Shown piece after piece: positions 1-9,530 of a DNA stretch of 64,000 nt (positions are counted from its first letter, which is position 1; each line of letters opens with the position of its first letter). The notes beneath the pieces were generated by a model. It worked only from the letters and a program-made list of their open reading frames with translations. It ran no database searches and was not told where the DNA came from. Position numbers and translations under genes: made by a program. This DNA comes from a virus (taxonomy: Duplodnaviria; Heunggongvirae; Uroviricota; Caudoviricetes): the IMG/VR virus record IMGVR_UViG_3300050026_000241. One strand, given 5' to 3'.

Positions 1-39
1 TCGCTCTATGGGAAGCGTGAGATAACTCTTTCCAACGGT

Positions 40-528
40 TTGAAGGCAAAGGTCAGTCCAGAGGATTTTGACTATCTTAGCCGATGGAATTGGTCGGCCG
101 TTCCGCAAAACAATGCCATCTACCGAAACGGTGAGAGCGGCCAAAAATGGCGAGCAATGAGAAAGTTAAAAATTGCAGGACTTTCGATAACTCGCTATAT
201 GCACCAGGACGTTGTATTAAGAATGGGGTCGCCTTATGACCCTGCCGAAGTCGAAGTAGACCACAGAGACGGGGAACCGTTGAACAACGTGCGTGAAAAT
301 CTGCGAATAACTGAACACCCGATCAATCAGCACAATCGCGGCAAACAAGCCAATAATATGAGCGGTGTGAAAGGGGTTTGGGTCGATAATAAAGGCTTTC
401 ACCACCCTGAAATCTCGTATTACGGTGTAAAACACCGTGTCGGGAAGTACAAGACAATGGAAGAAGCCCGTGAAGTGAGAAACAGCGTAGGTCGAGAACT
501 TCTTGGAGCTAATTACCATGAAATCTGA
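40..528 (+). CDS. HNH homing endonuclease with AP2-type DNA-binding domain
   Basis: HNH motif VDHRDGEPLNNVRENLR; AP2-like segment SGVKGVWV...YYGVKHRVGKYKTMEEA; TTG start after in-frame stop at 25-27. Confidence 0.75.
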   Translation: MKAKVSPEDFDYLSRWNWSAVPQNNAIYRNGESGQKWRAMRKLKIAGLSITRYMHQDVVLRMGSPYDPAEVEVDHRDGEPLNNVRENLRITEHPINQHNRGKQANNMSGVKGVWVDNKGFHHPEISYYGVKHRVGKYKTMEEAREVRNSVGRELLGANYHEI

Positions 529-739
529 CCCTTCCCTTCCCAGACGAACACTTATCAAAGGCTTGTCCTTTGAAGCGATAAGCAACTTGGTTGGCCTTTG
601 GCTGGCCTACCTTTGGTTTGGCGACTTTAACTGTTGCCTCATTTTCACGTTGGTCTGTTTCGCTGTGAAGCTGGCCATATTCTATTTTCACGAACGTCTC
701 TGGCATCAGTTTGACTGGGGCCGAGAGAAAGGGAATTGA
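518..739 (+). CDS. small hydrophobic protein
   Basis: ATG inside track ORF 503..739; hydrophobic LVGLWLAYLWF...LIFTLVCFAV; overlaps end of upstream gene. Confidence 0.35.
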   Translation: MKSDPSLPRRTLIKGLSFEAISNLVGLWLAYLWFGDFNCCLIFTLVCFAVKLAIFYFHERLWHQFDWGREKGN

Positions 740-740
740 C

Positions 741-1025
741 ATGCAGAACACCACGAGTTACAACCAGCCTCAAGACGCATCGACGCCCGCCGTCCAGGCC
801 GAAGCACCCATCATGGGCGGCAAATGCGATGGCCCGGCAGGTATGGGCGGTGCGTTCGAGAGCGGTGGCAGTAGCAATCAGGCCGGCAGCGGCTTCGCTA
901 CCGGTGGCCTTGGCGGCAAGGCCGACAACTGCGTCGGTATGGCCGACAAGAAGACCCCGGCCCCGGAAGTGGCCCAGGGTGGCCCGCTACAGACTTACAG
1001 CGGTGACGCTGGCTGGAAGAACTAA
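741..1025 (+). CDS. Gly-rich small protein, MQNTTSY family copy 1
   Basis: tandem paralog of 1029..1280: shared MQNTTSY N-terminus and YSGDAGW[KQ]N motif. Confidence 0.5.
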   Translation: MQNTTSYNQPQDASTPAVQAEAPIMGGKCDGPAGMGGAFESGGSSNQAGSGFATGGLGGKADNCVGMADKKTPAPEVAQGGPLQTYSGDAGWKN

Positions 1026-1028
1026 GTC

Positions 1029-1280
1029 ATGCAGAACACGACCAGTTATCAGAAAGAAGCGCCGCCGCCCGATAAGGGCAGTGCTTGCCCCGAAGGCAAT
1101 CACGGCGGCGCGGCCCAGGTCTACAGCGGCGATGCCGGCTGGCAGAATGCCGGCACCGACCCGAGTTGGCGTGACGGCACGCCCGAATTTCAAGGTAGCA
1201 ACGTCGATACCGCCCCGATCAGCACGCCTGTCGGTGCAAGCGACAATTTTACTGGCGGCGGCCAGCTACAGGGTGACTGA
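1029..1280 (+). CDS. Gly-rich small protein, MQNTTSY family copy 2
   Basis: paralog of 741..1025. Confidence 0.5.
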   Translation: MQNTTSYQKEAPPPDKGSACPEGNHGGAAQVYSGDAGWQNAGTDPSWRDGTPEFQGSNVDTAPISTPVGASDNFTGGGQLQGD

Positions 1281-1370
1281 TGGAGAATGTCGCAACGGTG
1301 CCGGCAACGGTGCCGGCACCGTTGCGTGCGGCATCCGAAACGCCTTTAATCCTTCAACACGAGAGAAACC

Positions 1371-1853
1371 ATGAGCAGTAAAGCCAGGAAGCGATCAATC
1401 GAAGCCCACAAGCAAAAGGCGGCAAATACCGGAACGGCCTACCTTGGCAGGAACGCCCCCTGTCCTTGTGGCAGCGGGAGGAAAATTAAAGTCTGCTGCT
1501 TGCGGAAGATAAACGCAATCGCGGCGCTGCCGCCTGCCGTGCGCGATGCGATGATTGTCAACCGGATTCTTCACGGGCCAAATGCCGCCTTGCTGCCCGG
1601 AGCGACTGGCCCGGTTGCGATACCGCCCGCCGTGGCCGCGAGGTTCGCTGCCATACGGGCCGCACAGGCGGCAGCACAGGACAAGAATCCTGACGACTCG
1701 GCTGCGCAGGTCATTGCCGGCATCGCCGTCGCCGCTGGCGATCCAACTGATGCCCACCCGCAGCAAACCGGTGTCGAGATCAAGGGTGGCTATGTTGAGT
1801 TCGCCGGACAGCAGTTTGAAATTGAAAGAGCCATTATCGAGGTTGCCAAATGA
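1371..1853 (+). CDS. SEC-C motif-containing protein
   Basis: CPCGSGRKIKVCC matches the SecA C-terminal zinc-binding (SEC-C) motif. Confidence 0.6.
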   Translation: MSSKARKRSIEAHKQKAANTGTAYLGRNAPCPCGSGRKIKVCCLRKINAIAALPPAVRDAMIVNRILHGPNAALLPGATGPVAIPPAVAARFAAIRAAQAAAQDKNPDDSAAQVIAGIAVAAGDPTDAHPQQTGVEIKGGYVEFAGQQFEIERAIIEVAK

Positions 1854-2494
1854 GCATTGACAAAGAAAGATGGAGCACAGCCCAAGAGCGCGAAGCAGCA
1901 TACTGGGGCAACTGCAATAGCCACGTTGCATACGGTGAATTTCTCAAGCAGGAAGTGTACGGACGAGAAATGGGCGTGTTCGCCGAATACGGCACACCTG
2001 AGTTGGAGTTGGATATGCGCGGCAAGAGTGTCTTGGACATTGGCGGCGGCCCTGTGTCAATGACGCTTCGGGCCTTCAATGCCGGCCAACTGGTTGTCGT
2101 CGATCCGTGTAAGTGGCCTGATTGTGTGCTACGTCGCTACGACCGTCACGGCATCAATTTCCTGCGATGTTCCGGCGAGGAACTTGACGAAAAATTCCTC
2201 AGCGACGAGACAACATTCGACGAGGTTTGGATGTACAACGTGCTCCAACACGTTCATAACCCTGAGTTGATCGTCCACAACGCTGTGAAGCGAATCAATC
2301 CTGTTGGTGGTGTCCTGCGGGTTTATGAGTGGGTATGGATTCCTGCGGACGTTAACTGCCATCCACACACATTGACGCCGGAGGGGATGCTGAATTGGCT
2401 TCATGGTTGCCGAATTGTGAAGGTTGGACTGCCGCGAATCGTGGAGCACGGGTGCGATGCCACCGCCTTCACAGGTCTCTTTGAAAGGCCGTAA
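1850..2494 (+). CDS. class I SAM-dependent methyltransferase
   Basis: motif I VLDIGGGPV; ATGA overlap with upstream stop. Confidence 0.7.
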   Translation: MSIDKERWSTAQEREAAYWGNCNSHVAYGEFLKQEVYGREMGVFAEYGTPELELDMRGKSVLDIGGGPVSMTLRAFNAGQLVVVDPCKWPDCVLRRYDRHGINFLRCSGEELDEKFLSDETTFDEVWMYNVLQHVHNPELIVHNAVKRINPVGGVLRVYEWVWIPADVNCHPHTLTPEGMLNWLHGCRIVKVGLPRIVEHGCDATAFTGLFERP

Positions 2495-2495
2495 C

Positions 2496-3965
2496 ATGGC
2501 GGTTCGCAACTATCTGGAAATCGGAACGTGTGATTTTGATACACTGAACGACAAGTTCGCTGACCGCGAACATTGGTGTGGTGTGTCTATCGAGGCCGTG
2601 CCGGAGTATTTCAAACGACTTCGCAAGCTGGATAAGAATGAGTACATCAATGCAGTCTGCTTGGTGGAAAAGAATAAAGAGACGTGTGACTTTCATCATG
2701 TTCCCAGTGATGTTATCACCCGACACGGGCTGCCAGATTGGTTGCGTGGCTGCGGGGCTATTGACAAGGCTATCCAGCCGTCGTTGAGAGCCTACGGCAG
2801 ACACGTCATTACGACACGGCTTCCGGTCGTTTCGATTCGGGACGTTCTCAATCGGGACGTTTTCAAAGACCAGATCACCCGAACCATCCGTGTTGACTTG
2901 TTGAAGATTGACACAGAGGGGTACGACCTGGCGCTGCTTAATGCAGTCTTGGATATTACCTGTCCGACGAACATTGTCTTTGAGACGTGGGGCATAAGTC
3001 CGGCCATCTTCCCGATTCTGGAAAAGCGTCTACTCGACTTGGGTTATAGTTGCCGAGGCCGAAGCGGCGATAATGTGCAGTATTCGTTGCCGTCAGTGTT
3101 GATGATCGGTGAGGCAGCCTGGTCCACGGGGTCGATTGCCAAAGACCTGATCCATGCAAGCAGTTGGCATGGCCGATTGTTGAATTGGAACCGATACCCG
3201 AAGGATTTGCCAGCCAGTTTCCCTGAGTACGATGCGGTAGTGATTTTCGGACTACATTCGCCGACCACCTGGTCCGCACTGGCCCCGCACGGTGTCATTT
3301 GCTGCGGCCCGTGTGAATTGCTCACGACGAATACGTGGCGCAATAATACGGGCGGTGCTTTGTGGGGAGGCTGCTTTGGTGCTGTATCGCGGGAATGCTA
3401 CGACGGAGTGAAGGCCGTGGCTACAAAGGACGTGTTCTACACGCCGGCCAGCACCAGGCTATCGAGGTTCACCCGGCGTCCGGCACGAGAAGTCAAGACA
3501 TTGGGTTGGTGTGCTATCAAGGACAGTGCGAAGAATTTTGGCGGCATTGACTTGAAGCGGTTTTCGATGTTCGATGAGATTGCCAAAGCAGCCTGTCTCA
3601 ACTCTCGTGTGTCAGGTCGTGACTTTACATACGATACGATGCAGGACTTCTACGACTCGATTGATCTGCTGGTCTGCACTTCGGTGTCGGAGGGTGGCCC
3701 GTTGCCTGTGTTTGAAGCGATTGCGTGCGGTGTGCCAGTGATCTCGACACCAGTAGGTCTCGTCAAGGAAACAAGCACCATACCGACATTCTCGACGGTT
3801 CCCTACGCCGCGAGTCTTATAGACTCGATACGAAGCTGCCCTGACCAGTACGCTAACGCACAATACAAGGAACTTGAAGGAATGTCAACTGATCGACTTA
3901 TCCGGCATTGGGAAGATTTCTTCGCCGGCTGTGCGAAAGTCAACAAGACGAAAACCTTCCTATAA
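2496..3965 (+). CDS. FkbM-family methyltransferase fused to GT1 (GT-B) glycosyltransferase
   Basis: N-terminal FkbM signature RVDLLKIDTEGYDLALL; C-terminal GT-B motif SEGGPLPVFEAIACGVPVIST. Confidence 0.65.
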   Translation: MAVRNYLEIGTCDFDTLNDKFADREHWCGVSIEAVPEYFKRLRKLDKNEYINAVCLVEKNKETCDFHHVPSDVITRHGLPDWLRGCGAIDKAIQPSLRAYGRHVITTRLPVVSIRDVLNRDVFKDQITRTIRVDLLKIDTEGYDLALLNAVLDITCPTNIVFETWGISPAIFPILEKRLLDLGYSCRGRSGDNVQYSLPSVLMIGEAAWSTGSIAKDLIHASSWHGRLLNWNRYPKDLPASFPEYDAVVIFGLHSPTTWSALAPHGVICCGPCELLTTNTWRNNTGGALWGGCFGAVSRECYDGVKAVATKDVFYTPASTRLSRFTRRPAREVKTLGWCAIKDSAKNFGGIDLKRFSMFDEIAKAACLNSRVSGRDFTYDTMQDFYDSIDLLVCTSVSEGGPLPVFEAIACGVPVISTPVGLVKETSTIPTFSTVPYAASLIDSIRSCPDQYANAQYKELEGMSTDRLIRHWEDFFAGCAKVNKTKTFL

Positions 3966-3968
3966 GGA

Positions 3969-4382
3969 ATGATTGTGAGCAAGAAAAGAACACTCCGACG
4001 CCGGCTGCAAAATGCCTGCCGCTGGTTTCACGACTGCTGGTATTGGATCAAGTGCCGCCTACTTTGTCGTTACAATGTAGTGGTGTGCAGGCCGCTGCCG
4101 CCGACCTGGGTTGACCGTGATTACCTTTTGCTGTTTGCGTCCTTCCAGATTTTGGAAGACTTTGTGGACCGGGAGGAAGGTCACTTTTACGAGAACGTCT
4201 ACCCGCTCTACCTTGACTGCGGCAAGGAACGTGCCCGCGAGGAAGAGCGGGATTGGGACGCAATTCGCAACCTTTACGTTTGGTGGCAGAGTCGTAAGGC
4301 CGACAAGTACGCCGACGATTACGATGAAGACAGCGACATGCTTCACCGACTTATTGACCTGCGGAAATACCTCTGGACCTGA
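3969..4382 (+). CDS. hypothetical protein
   Basis: 137-aa ORF, Trp/Cys-rich N-terminus, acidic C-terminus; operon-coupled. Confidence 0.4.
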   Translation: MIVSKKRTLRRRLQNACRWFHDCWYWIKCRLLCRYNVVVCRPLPPTWVDRDYLLLFASFQILEDFVDREEGHFYENVYPLYLDCGKERAREEERDWDAIRNLYVWWQSRKADKYADDYDEDSDMLHRLIDLRKYLWT

Positions 4383-4391
4383 AAGAAAACA

Positions 4392-5393
4392 ATGAGAATC
4401 CCCAAATCGCTTTCCTATTCGTCGCTCTCGCTGTTTGAAAAAGATTGCGAAGAGTTTTACATGAAGTACCTTGCGGACAAGTCGCCCGAGCGGCTGCCGC
4501 AAGAACCGCCGATGGCCGTGGGCTCCGCGTTTGACGCCTACTGCAAGTCGTCGCTCCATGCCGCCCTGTTCGGGGCCGGAGCCGATCCGCAATTTGAGTT
4601 GGCGACCATCTTTGAGTCGCAAGTCGAACCGCAGTGCCGAGATTTTGCCTTTGAGGCCGGTAAGCATGTTTTTGAGTGCTATGTGTTGTGCGGGGCCTAC
4701 GACGAATTGCTGTCGCTCTTGAAGCAAAGCACCGAGCCACCGCGATTCGAGTTCACGGTAAAGGGAACCATCGGCGGCGCACCGTTCTTGGGTAAGCCTG
4801 ACTGTCGGTTCGTTCTCGATCTCGGTCAGGGACGCATTAGCGTGGTGTTCGACTTCAAAGTTCATGGCTACTGCTCCAAGTATGGGGCGTCCCCGACGAA
4901 GGGCTACCGGCTGTGCCGCGATGCCTATAAGACGGACAAGCCGAGCCGCTCACACATGACGGCGCACAAGAACTACCTGGGCATGGATTACCGGGGCATG
5001 GAGATCAACAGCGGCTATATGGAGTATTGCGGAAAAGAATACGCTGACCAGCTTTGCCTCTACGGCTGGCTGCTGGGCGAACCTGTCGGCGACGAGAATG
5101 TCATCATGGCCTTGGACGAGGTTGTGGCGAAGTATATGGGCGAAGGCAACAAGCCTCTGCTCCGCGTTGCCAACCATATCGGCCGCGTGAGCAAGGCTCA
5201 CCAGGACGCGCTCGTGAAACGGGTCGAGAAGTGTTGGGCCGCGATTCAGAGCGGCCATATCTTCCCCGAGATGTCGCTGGCCGACAGTCAGAACCGGCAG
5301 TCGATTCTCGATGAAATGTCCGGTGCCCTGTTGACGGACGGTTCGGTCAAGGACGATTTCTTCGTCGATTGCGTGCGGAGTCCCAAATGGTAA
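4392..5393 (+). CDS. putative PD-(D/E)xK nuclease-family protein
   Basis: N-terminus SYSSLSLFEKDCEEFYMKYL resembles Cas4/RecB-like nuclease N-termini; VFDFKVHGY supplies a (D/E)xK. Confidence 0.45.
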   Translation: MRIPKSLSYSSLSLFEKDCEEFYMKYLADKSPERLPQEPPMAVGSAFDAYCKSSLHAALFGAGADPQFELATIFESQVEPQCRDFAFEAGKHVFECYVLCGAYDELLSLLKQSTEPPRFEFTVKGTIGGAPFLGKPDCRFVLDLGQGRISVVFDFKVHGYCSKYGASPTKGYRLCRDAYKTDKPSRSHMTAHKNYLGMDYRGMEINSGYMEYCGKEYADQLCLYGWLLGEPVGDENVIMALDEVVAKYMGEGNKPLLRVANHIGRVSKAHQDALVKRVEKCWAAIQSGHIFPEMSLADSQNRQSILDEMSGALLTDGSVKDDFFVDCVRSPKW

Positions 5394-5410
5394 CTAACCC
5401 GAGAGCAACA

Positions 5411-5674
5411 ATGACCCCTTCACGAACCCTACCGCTGAATGACTCGAACTACAAGGTTCATGCCGACAACATCGCGCGAATCATCGCGGGTGCCGCCAAC
5501 ATCAATGACGCCGATATTAAGGTCGTCTATTACATGGCCCTAGTCACCTACACGGAGCCGGCGAAGTCGGAGCCGGCGAAGTCGGTAACTGTGCCGACGC
5601 ACGCCGAGAAGGCGGCCGCTGCGATTAACCCCGTCGCTCTTGACACGATCTTGGCGGGAGGGGGTGTCAGTTGA
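5411..5674 (+). CDS. hypothetical protein
   Basis: ATG inside track ORF 5369..5674; repeat EPAKSEPAKS. Confidence 0.4.
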   Translation: MTPSRTLPLNDSNYKVHADNIARIIAGAANINDADIKVVYYMALVTYTEPAKSEPAKSVTVPTHAEKAAAAINPVALDTILAGGGVS

Positions 5675-5682
5675 GCAAGTCC

Positions 5683-5901
5683 ATGAAAATCTCCCAGACG
5701 ATCCTTGATCGACTGAAAGATTCAAGGCTATCCCCGGAGCACTTTATCCAGGGCTTCGGGGCCTTGCTGGCAGCTACAAATCACACCGGGCTACTCGGTT
5801 TAGCTATTACCATCGACTATGCCGATGTGGACGAAACGGTTGGACCAGACGAACTAATACCCATCATCACTCTTTCATTTCGAGCAAGCAGTAATCAGTG
5901 A
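5683..5901 (+). CDS. hypothetical protein
   Basis: first ATG in track ORF 5671..5901. Confidence 0.3.
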   Translation: MKISQTILDRLKDSRLSPEHFIQGFGALLAATNHTGLLGLAITIDYADVDETVGPDELIPIITLSFRASSNQ

Positions 5902-6146
5902 CACCCTACGAATTAGTCACCGCCTCAGTGAGTGATTTCCACCGGGACTATCCCCGGCGTGCGGTACGGTCATTGGGTTGGTGCGAGGATGAAGTCACCG
6001 ATTTGCAGGCGGTGCGGGCCAAAAGAAAGACTGTCTGCCACTTGTCTTTTTACAACGGCGGCGGCTCGCTTATACTGATGGGCGGCCTTGACTTTATGAT
6101 GGAAGTTATTCGCACGGAGGATTACTGTTACACTTTACTCATGTGA
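5898..6146 (+). CDS. hypothetical protein
   Basis: GTG start overlapping upstream stop. Confidence 0.3.
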   Translation: MTPYELVTASVSDFHRDYPRRAVRSLGWCEDEVTDLQAVRAKRKTVCHLSFYNGGGSLILMGGLDFMMEVIRTEDYCYTLLM

Positions 6147-6154
6147 GGAATCTT

Positions 6155-6370
6155 ATGACTGCGGAATTGGGCATCGACGGAAACGCCGCCTACGCCCTTC
6201 TTGGTCCGAACCTCCACGAAGGCGAGGCCGAGTTTGTGCAGGTTGAACAAGGTGACGAGCTACTGTCTTCGGCCGAAATGCGCGCCGCCAAGCAGGCTCT
6301 CGCCAAGTTGCGAGCCCGCCTGGGGCAGCCTGAACTTTCCTACTACTTGGGGCCGGGATTGTCAGTATGA
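6155..6370 (+). CDS. hypothetical protein
   Basis: ATG inside track ORF 6143..6370. Confidence 0.4.
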   Translation: MTAELGIDGNAAYALLGPNLHEGEAEFVQVEQGDELLSSAEMRAAKQALAKLRARLGQPELSYYLGPGLSV

Positions 6371-6407
6371 TACACTGTCACAAGATTCGCTTGTTTTGGA
6401 GATTACA

Positions 6408-6584
6408 ATGGTTAGATTGATTGAGGGCGACTGCCTGGAAGAAATGAAGTCGATCCGAGACGGATCAATCGACATGATTCTCTGCGACCTGCCCTACGGA
6501 ACGACTTATTGCAAGTGGGATGTGCGGCTACCTTTCGAGCCGCTGTGGGCTCAGTACGAGCGTATCATCGTGATTGCATTCTGA
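6408..6584 (+). pseudogene. DNA amino-methyltransferase N-terminal fragment (truncated after 58 aa)
   Basis: MVRLIEGDCLEEMKSIRDGSIDMILCDLPYGTTY carries a (D/S)PPY-type motif IV then stops; full-length related methyltransferase at 7749..8516. Confidence 0.45.
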
Positions 6585-6623
6585 TTGAGAATGAACCGCA
6601 ATACTGTGCAATGGTGAGGGAAC

Positions 6624-6776
6624 GATGTTCGATACCAGGGTAGACGAACCTGAATGGCAACACGGCTTTGCCGTCTGTCCGCAATGCAATCACACATGGG
6701 TCTGTTCGGTGCAAGTTGGCGAGGCCCCGGAGTGTCCGGTGTGCCACGAGAAGGGCGAATTGAGAGGGTCATCGTG
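6624..6776 (+). CDS. small zinc-ribbon protein
   Basis: 50-aa ORF with CPQC...CPVC pairs; not in ORF track (<60 aa); coordinates approximate. Confidence 0.35.
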
Positions 6777-7019
6777 AAAGCACTTGTACTGCTTGCGGCG
6801 CTTGTTTGTGGTTTTGTCTACGACTACATCTGGGCGAAGTGCGTCGATGCTGTCCAACATAGGCGGGCTATCTACGCCGCCAACCTTGGCATCATCCTTT
6901 ACATTTGCACACTCATGGCAACTGTTATGGTGGTGGAGAAGTGCTTGTGGGCTGTAATCCTGTACGGCATCGGCAACTGGCTTGGCGTTTACCTGGCAGT
7001 GAAAGGGAAGAAACAATGA
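6774..7019 (+). CDS. small membrane protein (two TM helices)
   Basis: GTG start overlapping upstream stop; LVLLAALVCGFVY and ILYGIGNWLGVYLAV. Confidence 0.4.
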   Translation: MKALVLLAALVCGFVYDYIWAKCVDAVQHRRAIYAANLGIILYICTLMATVMVVEKCLWAVILYGIGNWLGVYLAVKGKKQ

Positions 7020-7333
7020 GCGGCTTACTCCTAATCGACCTGAATCCGAAGTGGTGGCACTTTGACGAAGGTGGCCCGCGTGTCGGGCTCACATTCCTTT
7101 GTCCCTGTTGCGTCGGCACCGAGCGTGAGACGCACCTGGGCATCGCATTTCACCACAAGGGCCACGAAGCCATCGAGGACCAATACATCCGGGCTCATGG
7201 GCACGGCAAGGAAGAACACATCTGGGAACTTGCGAGCGAGGAAGACTTTCATAGTCTGACTTTAACACCGTCCATTGACGCCAGCAAGAGTGGCCATTGG
7301 CACGGTTGGATTCAAAACGGAGAGATACGATGA
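7016..7333 (+). CDS. His/Cys-rich hypothetical protein
   Basis: ATG at 7016 inside track ORF; CPCC and multiple His. Confidence 0.45.
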   Translation: MSGLLLIDLNPKWWHFDEGGPRVGLTFLCPCCVGTERETHLGIAFHHKGHEAIEDQYIRAHGHGKEEHIWELASEEDFHSLTLTPSIDASKSGHWHGWIQNGEIR

Positions 7334-7749
7334 ACAGCATAGGGAATCGACCCTTTCGCGCGGCCATAGATTTTGACGGCACCGTAGTCACAAGCAGCCC
7401 TTGCGACAAGACCCTCATTGGTTCGCCAGTGCCCTTTGCCCTTTACTGGCTGCAAAAATGGCAAGATGCCAGAGCCGAATTGTATCTCTGGACCATGCGT
7501 GGCAGGCAGGGCACCGATGGAGATAGACTCTCCCCTGCTGTTCGTTACTTGCTCGACAACGGTATCAGACTGGCCGGTGTGAACCGTGGTGAGCGGCCGT
7601 GGACCGACAGCCCGAAGCTCTACGCCAATGTCTATGTTGACAATGCGGCGGCCGGAGCACCGCTGATCTATCCCGCAAACGGATTACCGTCGTACCTAGA
7701 CTGGACTGTTGTTGGTCCACTCGTTTACAATATGATTAGGGAGTGGTAA
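7330..7749 (+). CDS. HAD-like hydrolase family protein
   Basis: AIDFDGTVV = HAD motif I (DxDGT). Confidence 0.5.
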   Translation: MNSIGNRPFRAAIDFDGTVVTSSPCDKTLIGSPVPFALYWLQKWQDARAELYLWTMRGRQGTDGDRLSPAVRYLLDNGIRLAGVNRGERPWTDSPKLYANVYVDNAAAGAPLIYPANGLPSYLDWTVVGPLVYNMIREW

Positions 7750-8516
7750 TGGTGAAGTATCAACTGCTGAACATGGATTGCCTTGAGTGGCTGCCGAGCA
7801 TCGAGACCGAGATCGACACGCTTTTCGCGGACCCGCCCGATAATTTGAATCTGGCCTACGACAGCTACAAAGACAAGCTGACCAAGGACCAGTACGTCGG
7901 CATGTTGCAACAGTGGCTCTGCATGTTCGTCGCCAAAGCCCGGACGGTCTGGTTCTCGTACAACGCTAAGTGGTCGTTCGAGGTAGGCCGAATTGTCTGT
8001 GCCCTCCAAGAGTCCTACGGCAAGGGCATCGAATGCAAACCGTGCGTCCAAACCTTTACCTTCGGGCAACACTGCCACTTTGATCTTGGCAACAACCATC
8101 GGCCGTTGCTCCGCATTCAGAAGGCGGGCGCGCCGCTGTACCCGGACGCCATCCGTGTGCCGTCGTGGCGGCAAGAGCACGGCGACAAGCGGGCTGACCC
8201 TCGTGGCAGAGTCCCAGGTGATGTTTTTGATGTTCCTCGCGTGACAGGCAACAGTAAGCAACGCAGAAGTTGGCATCCAACTCAGTTGGGTGAGACGCTG
8301 GTCGAACGCTGCGTAAAGTTCACCACCCCTCCGGGTGGAATGGTTGTCGATCCATTCGCCGGCACCGGCACGACGCTCAGAGTGTGTAAACGTCTTGGCT
8401 TCAACTGTGTCACGACCGAGATCGACAAGACGTATTGTGAGAACATTGCCAAGGAAAACGATCTTGCCCGGTCGGAATACTGCCACCGAGCCGTGTGGGG
8501 GAGCGAGGTAATATGA
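7749..8516 (+). CDS. DNA N6-adenine/N4-cytosine methyltransferase (beta-class)
   Basis: motif IV FADPPDN precedes motif I VVDPFAGTGTT. Confidence 0.8.
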   Translation: MVKYQLLNMDCLEWLPSIETEIDTLFADPPDNLNLAYDSYKDKLTKDQYVGMLQQWLCMFVAKARTVWFSYNAKWSFEVGRIVCALQESYGKGIECKPCVQTFTFGQHCHFDLGNNHRPLLRIQKAGAPLYPDAIRVPSWRQEHGDKRADPRGRVPGDVFDVPRVTGNSKQRRSWHPTQLGETLVERCVKFTTPPGGMVVDPFAGTGTTLRVCKRLGFNCVTTEIDKTYCENIAKENDLARSEYCHRAVWGSEVI

Positions 8517-9262
8517 GATACTTACTCATCTTACTGATCTTTCTTGTCGGCTGCGAGGCCCCGGCCGAGACGCCCGCCCCGCTGCCGGTCGTGGTCGTAG
8601 AGCCTGCCTGGACGCACTACGCCCCTGTCCGAACGGTGCGAGACAGGGGACCAGTGTTGGACGACATTGACTCACATCTGCCCGCTGGCAACGTCTACAC
8701 ACGCGAATCTGACCCCGTTACGGCGTGCCACGAGGGTACTCACGGTGTCAACAGCGACTTGCGGCAAGCCTATCACAAGGCAGGGTTCTATGTCCTGAAC
8801 GACCGGGCCGTCTTGATCGACAACCCGGTCATTACGCTAACGGCCGTGGCCCGTGAGGTTCCGGCCAGCCTACGGGGTTTCAACTATCGGCTGTATTTCG
8901 TCCAACAACTTGCCGACTGGAATGAGCATCCGACATACCCCTTTGACGAGTGGTGTGCTTACACTAACGGAGCGGAAGCCCGGCTGCGGCGGAACATCCC
9001 CGACAGAGACGACACGGTTCAATTCGCCTTAGAATTCGTACCATATAGTATCTGTGTCGCCAAGGCGGCACATGACGCCGGGCTGCCGGATGACCCTCAA
9101 ATGAAAGCGTTCATTCAGTGGCAGGCCGAGCGGTGCATTCGGCTGGGAGGCGAAATTAAGCAACCTCTGCCGAACATGACGGCGGCCGATGCCGCCAGCT
9201 TCCGCGACTTTTGCCACCTTTACTTTGGTGCCCCTTGGACCCTCAAGAATCTAGGTTTCTAA
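8513..9262 (+). CDS. lipoprotein
   Basis: MRYLLILLIFLVGC signal peptide with lipobox. Confidence 0.55.
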   Translation: MRYLLILLIFLVGCEAPAETPAPLPVVVVEPAWTHYAPVRTVRDRGPVLDDIDSHLPAGNVYTRESDPVTACHEGTHGVNSDLRQAYHKAGFYVLNDRAVLIDNPVITLTAVAREVPASLRGFNYRLYFVQQLADWNEHPTYPFDEWCAYTNGAEARLRRNIPDRDDTVQFALEFVPYSICVAKAAHDAGLPDDPQMKAFIQWQAERCIRLGGEIKQPLPNMTAADAASFRDFCHLYFGAPWTLKNLGF

Positions 9263-9522
9263 TGCGATTTCAAACTTGTCCGAACGTCATTGTCGAAGAG
9301 AATCGAATCTGCCTGACACGTATCCGCTGGGAAAACGGCGTCGTCGGCAAGGGCGGCTATTCCGCCAAGTTGAGCCTGTCCCTGTGCTTTGATTGGAGAA
9401 GCCTGTGGGTAGGCTTATTCATCAAGCGGCGGCACCACGGCTTCTATGCTTGGCTTTGCCTACTGCCCTGCCTGCCCCTCCGTATCTCGTTTCAGCGGTC
9501 CTATGGCGGCATCTTCCCCTGA
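9262..9522 (+). CDS. hypothetical protein
   Basis: ATG overlapping upstream TAA. Confidence 0.4.
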   Translation: MRFQTCPNVIVEENRICLTRIRWENGVVGKGGYSAKLSLSLCFDWRSLWVGLFIKRRHHGFYAWLCLLPCLPLRISFQRSYGGIFP

Positions 9523-9530
9523 AAGACACA

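Noticed and set aside
736-1374. 212-aa + strand ORF, Arg-rich (MTCRTPRVTTSLKTHRRPPSRPK...)
   Set aside because: Alternative frame of the two Gly-rich MQNTTSY paralogs; the Arg/Pro-rich composition is typical of an off-frame read in high-GC DNA.
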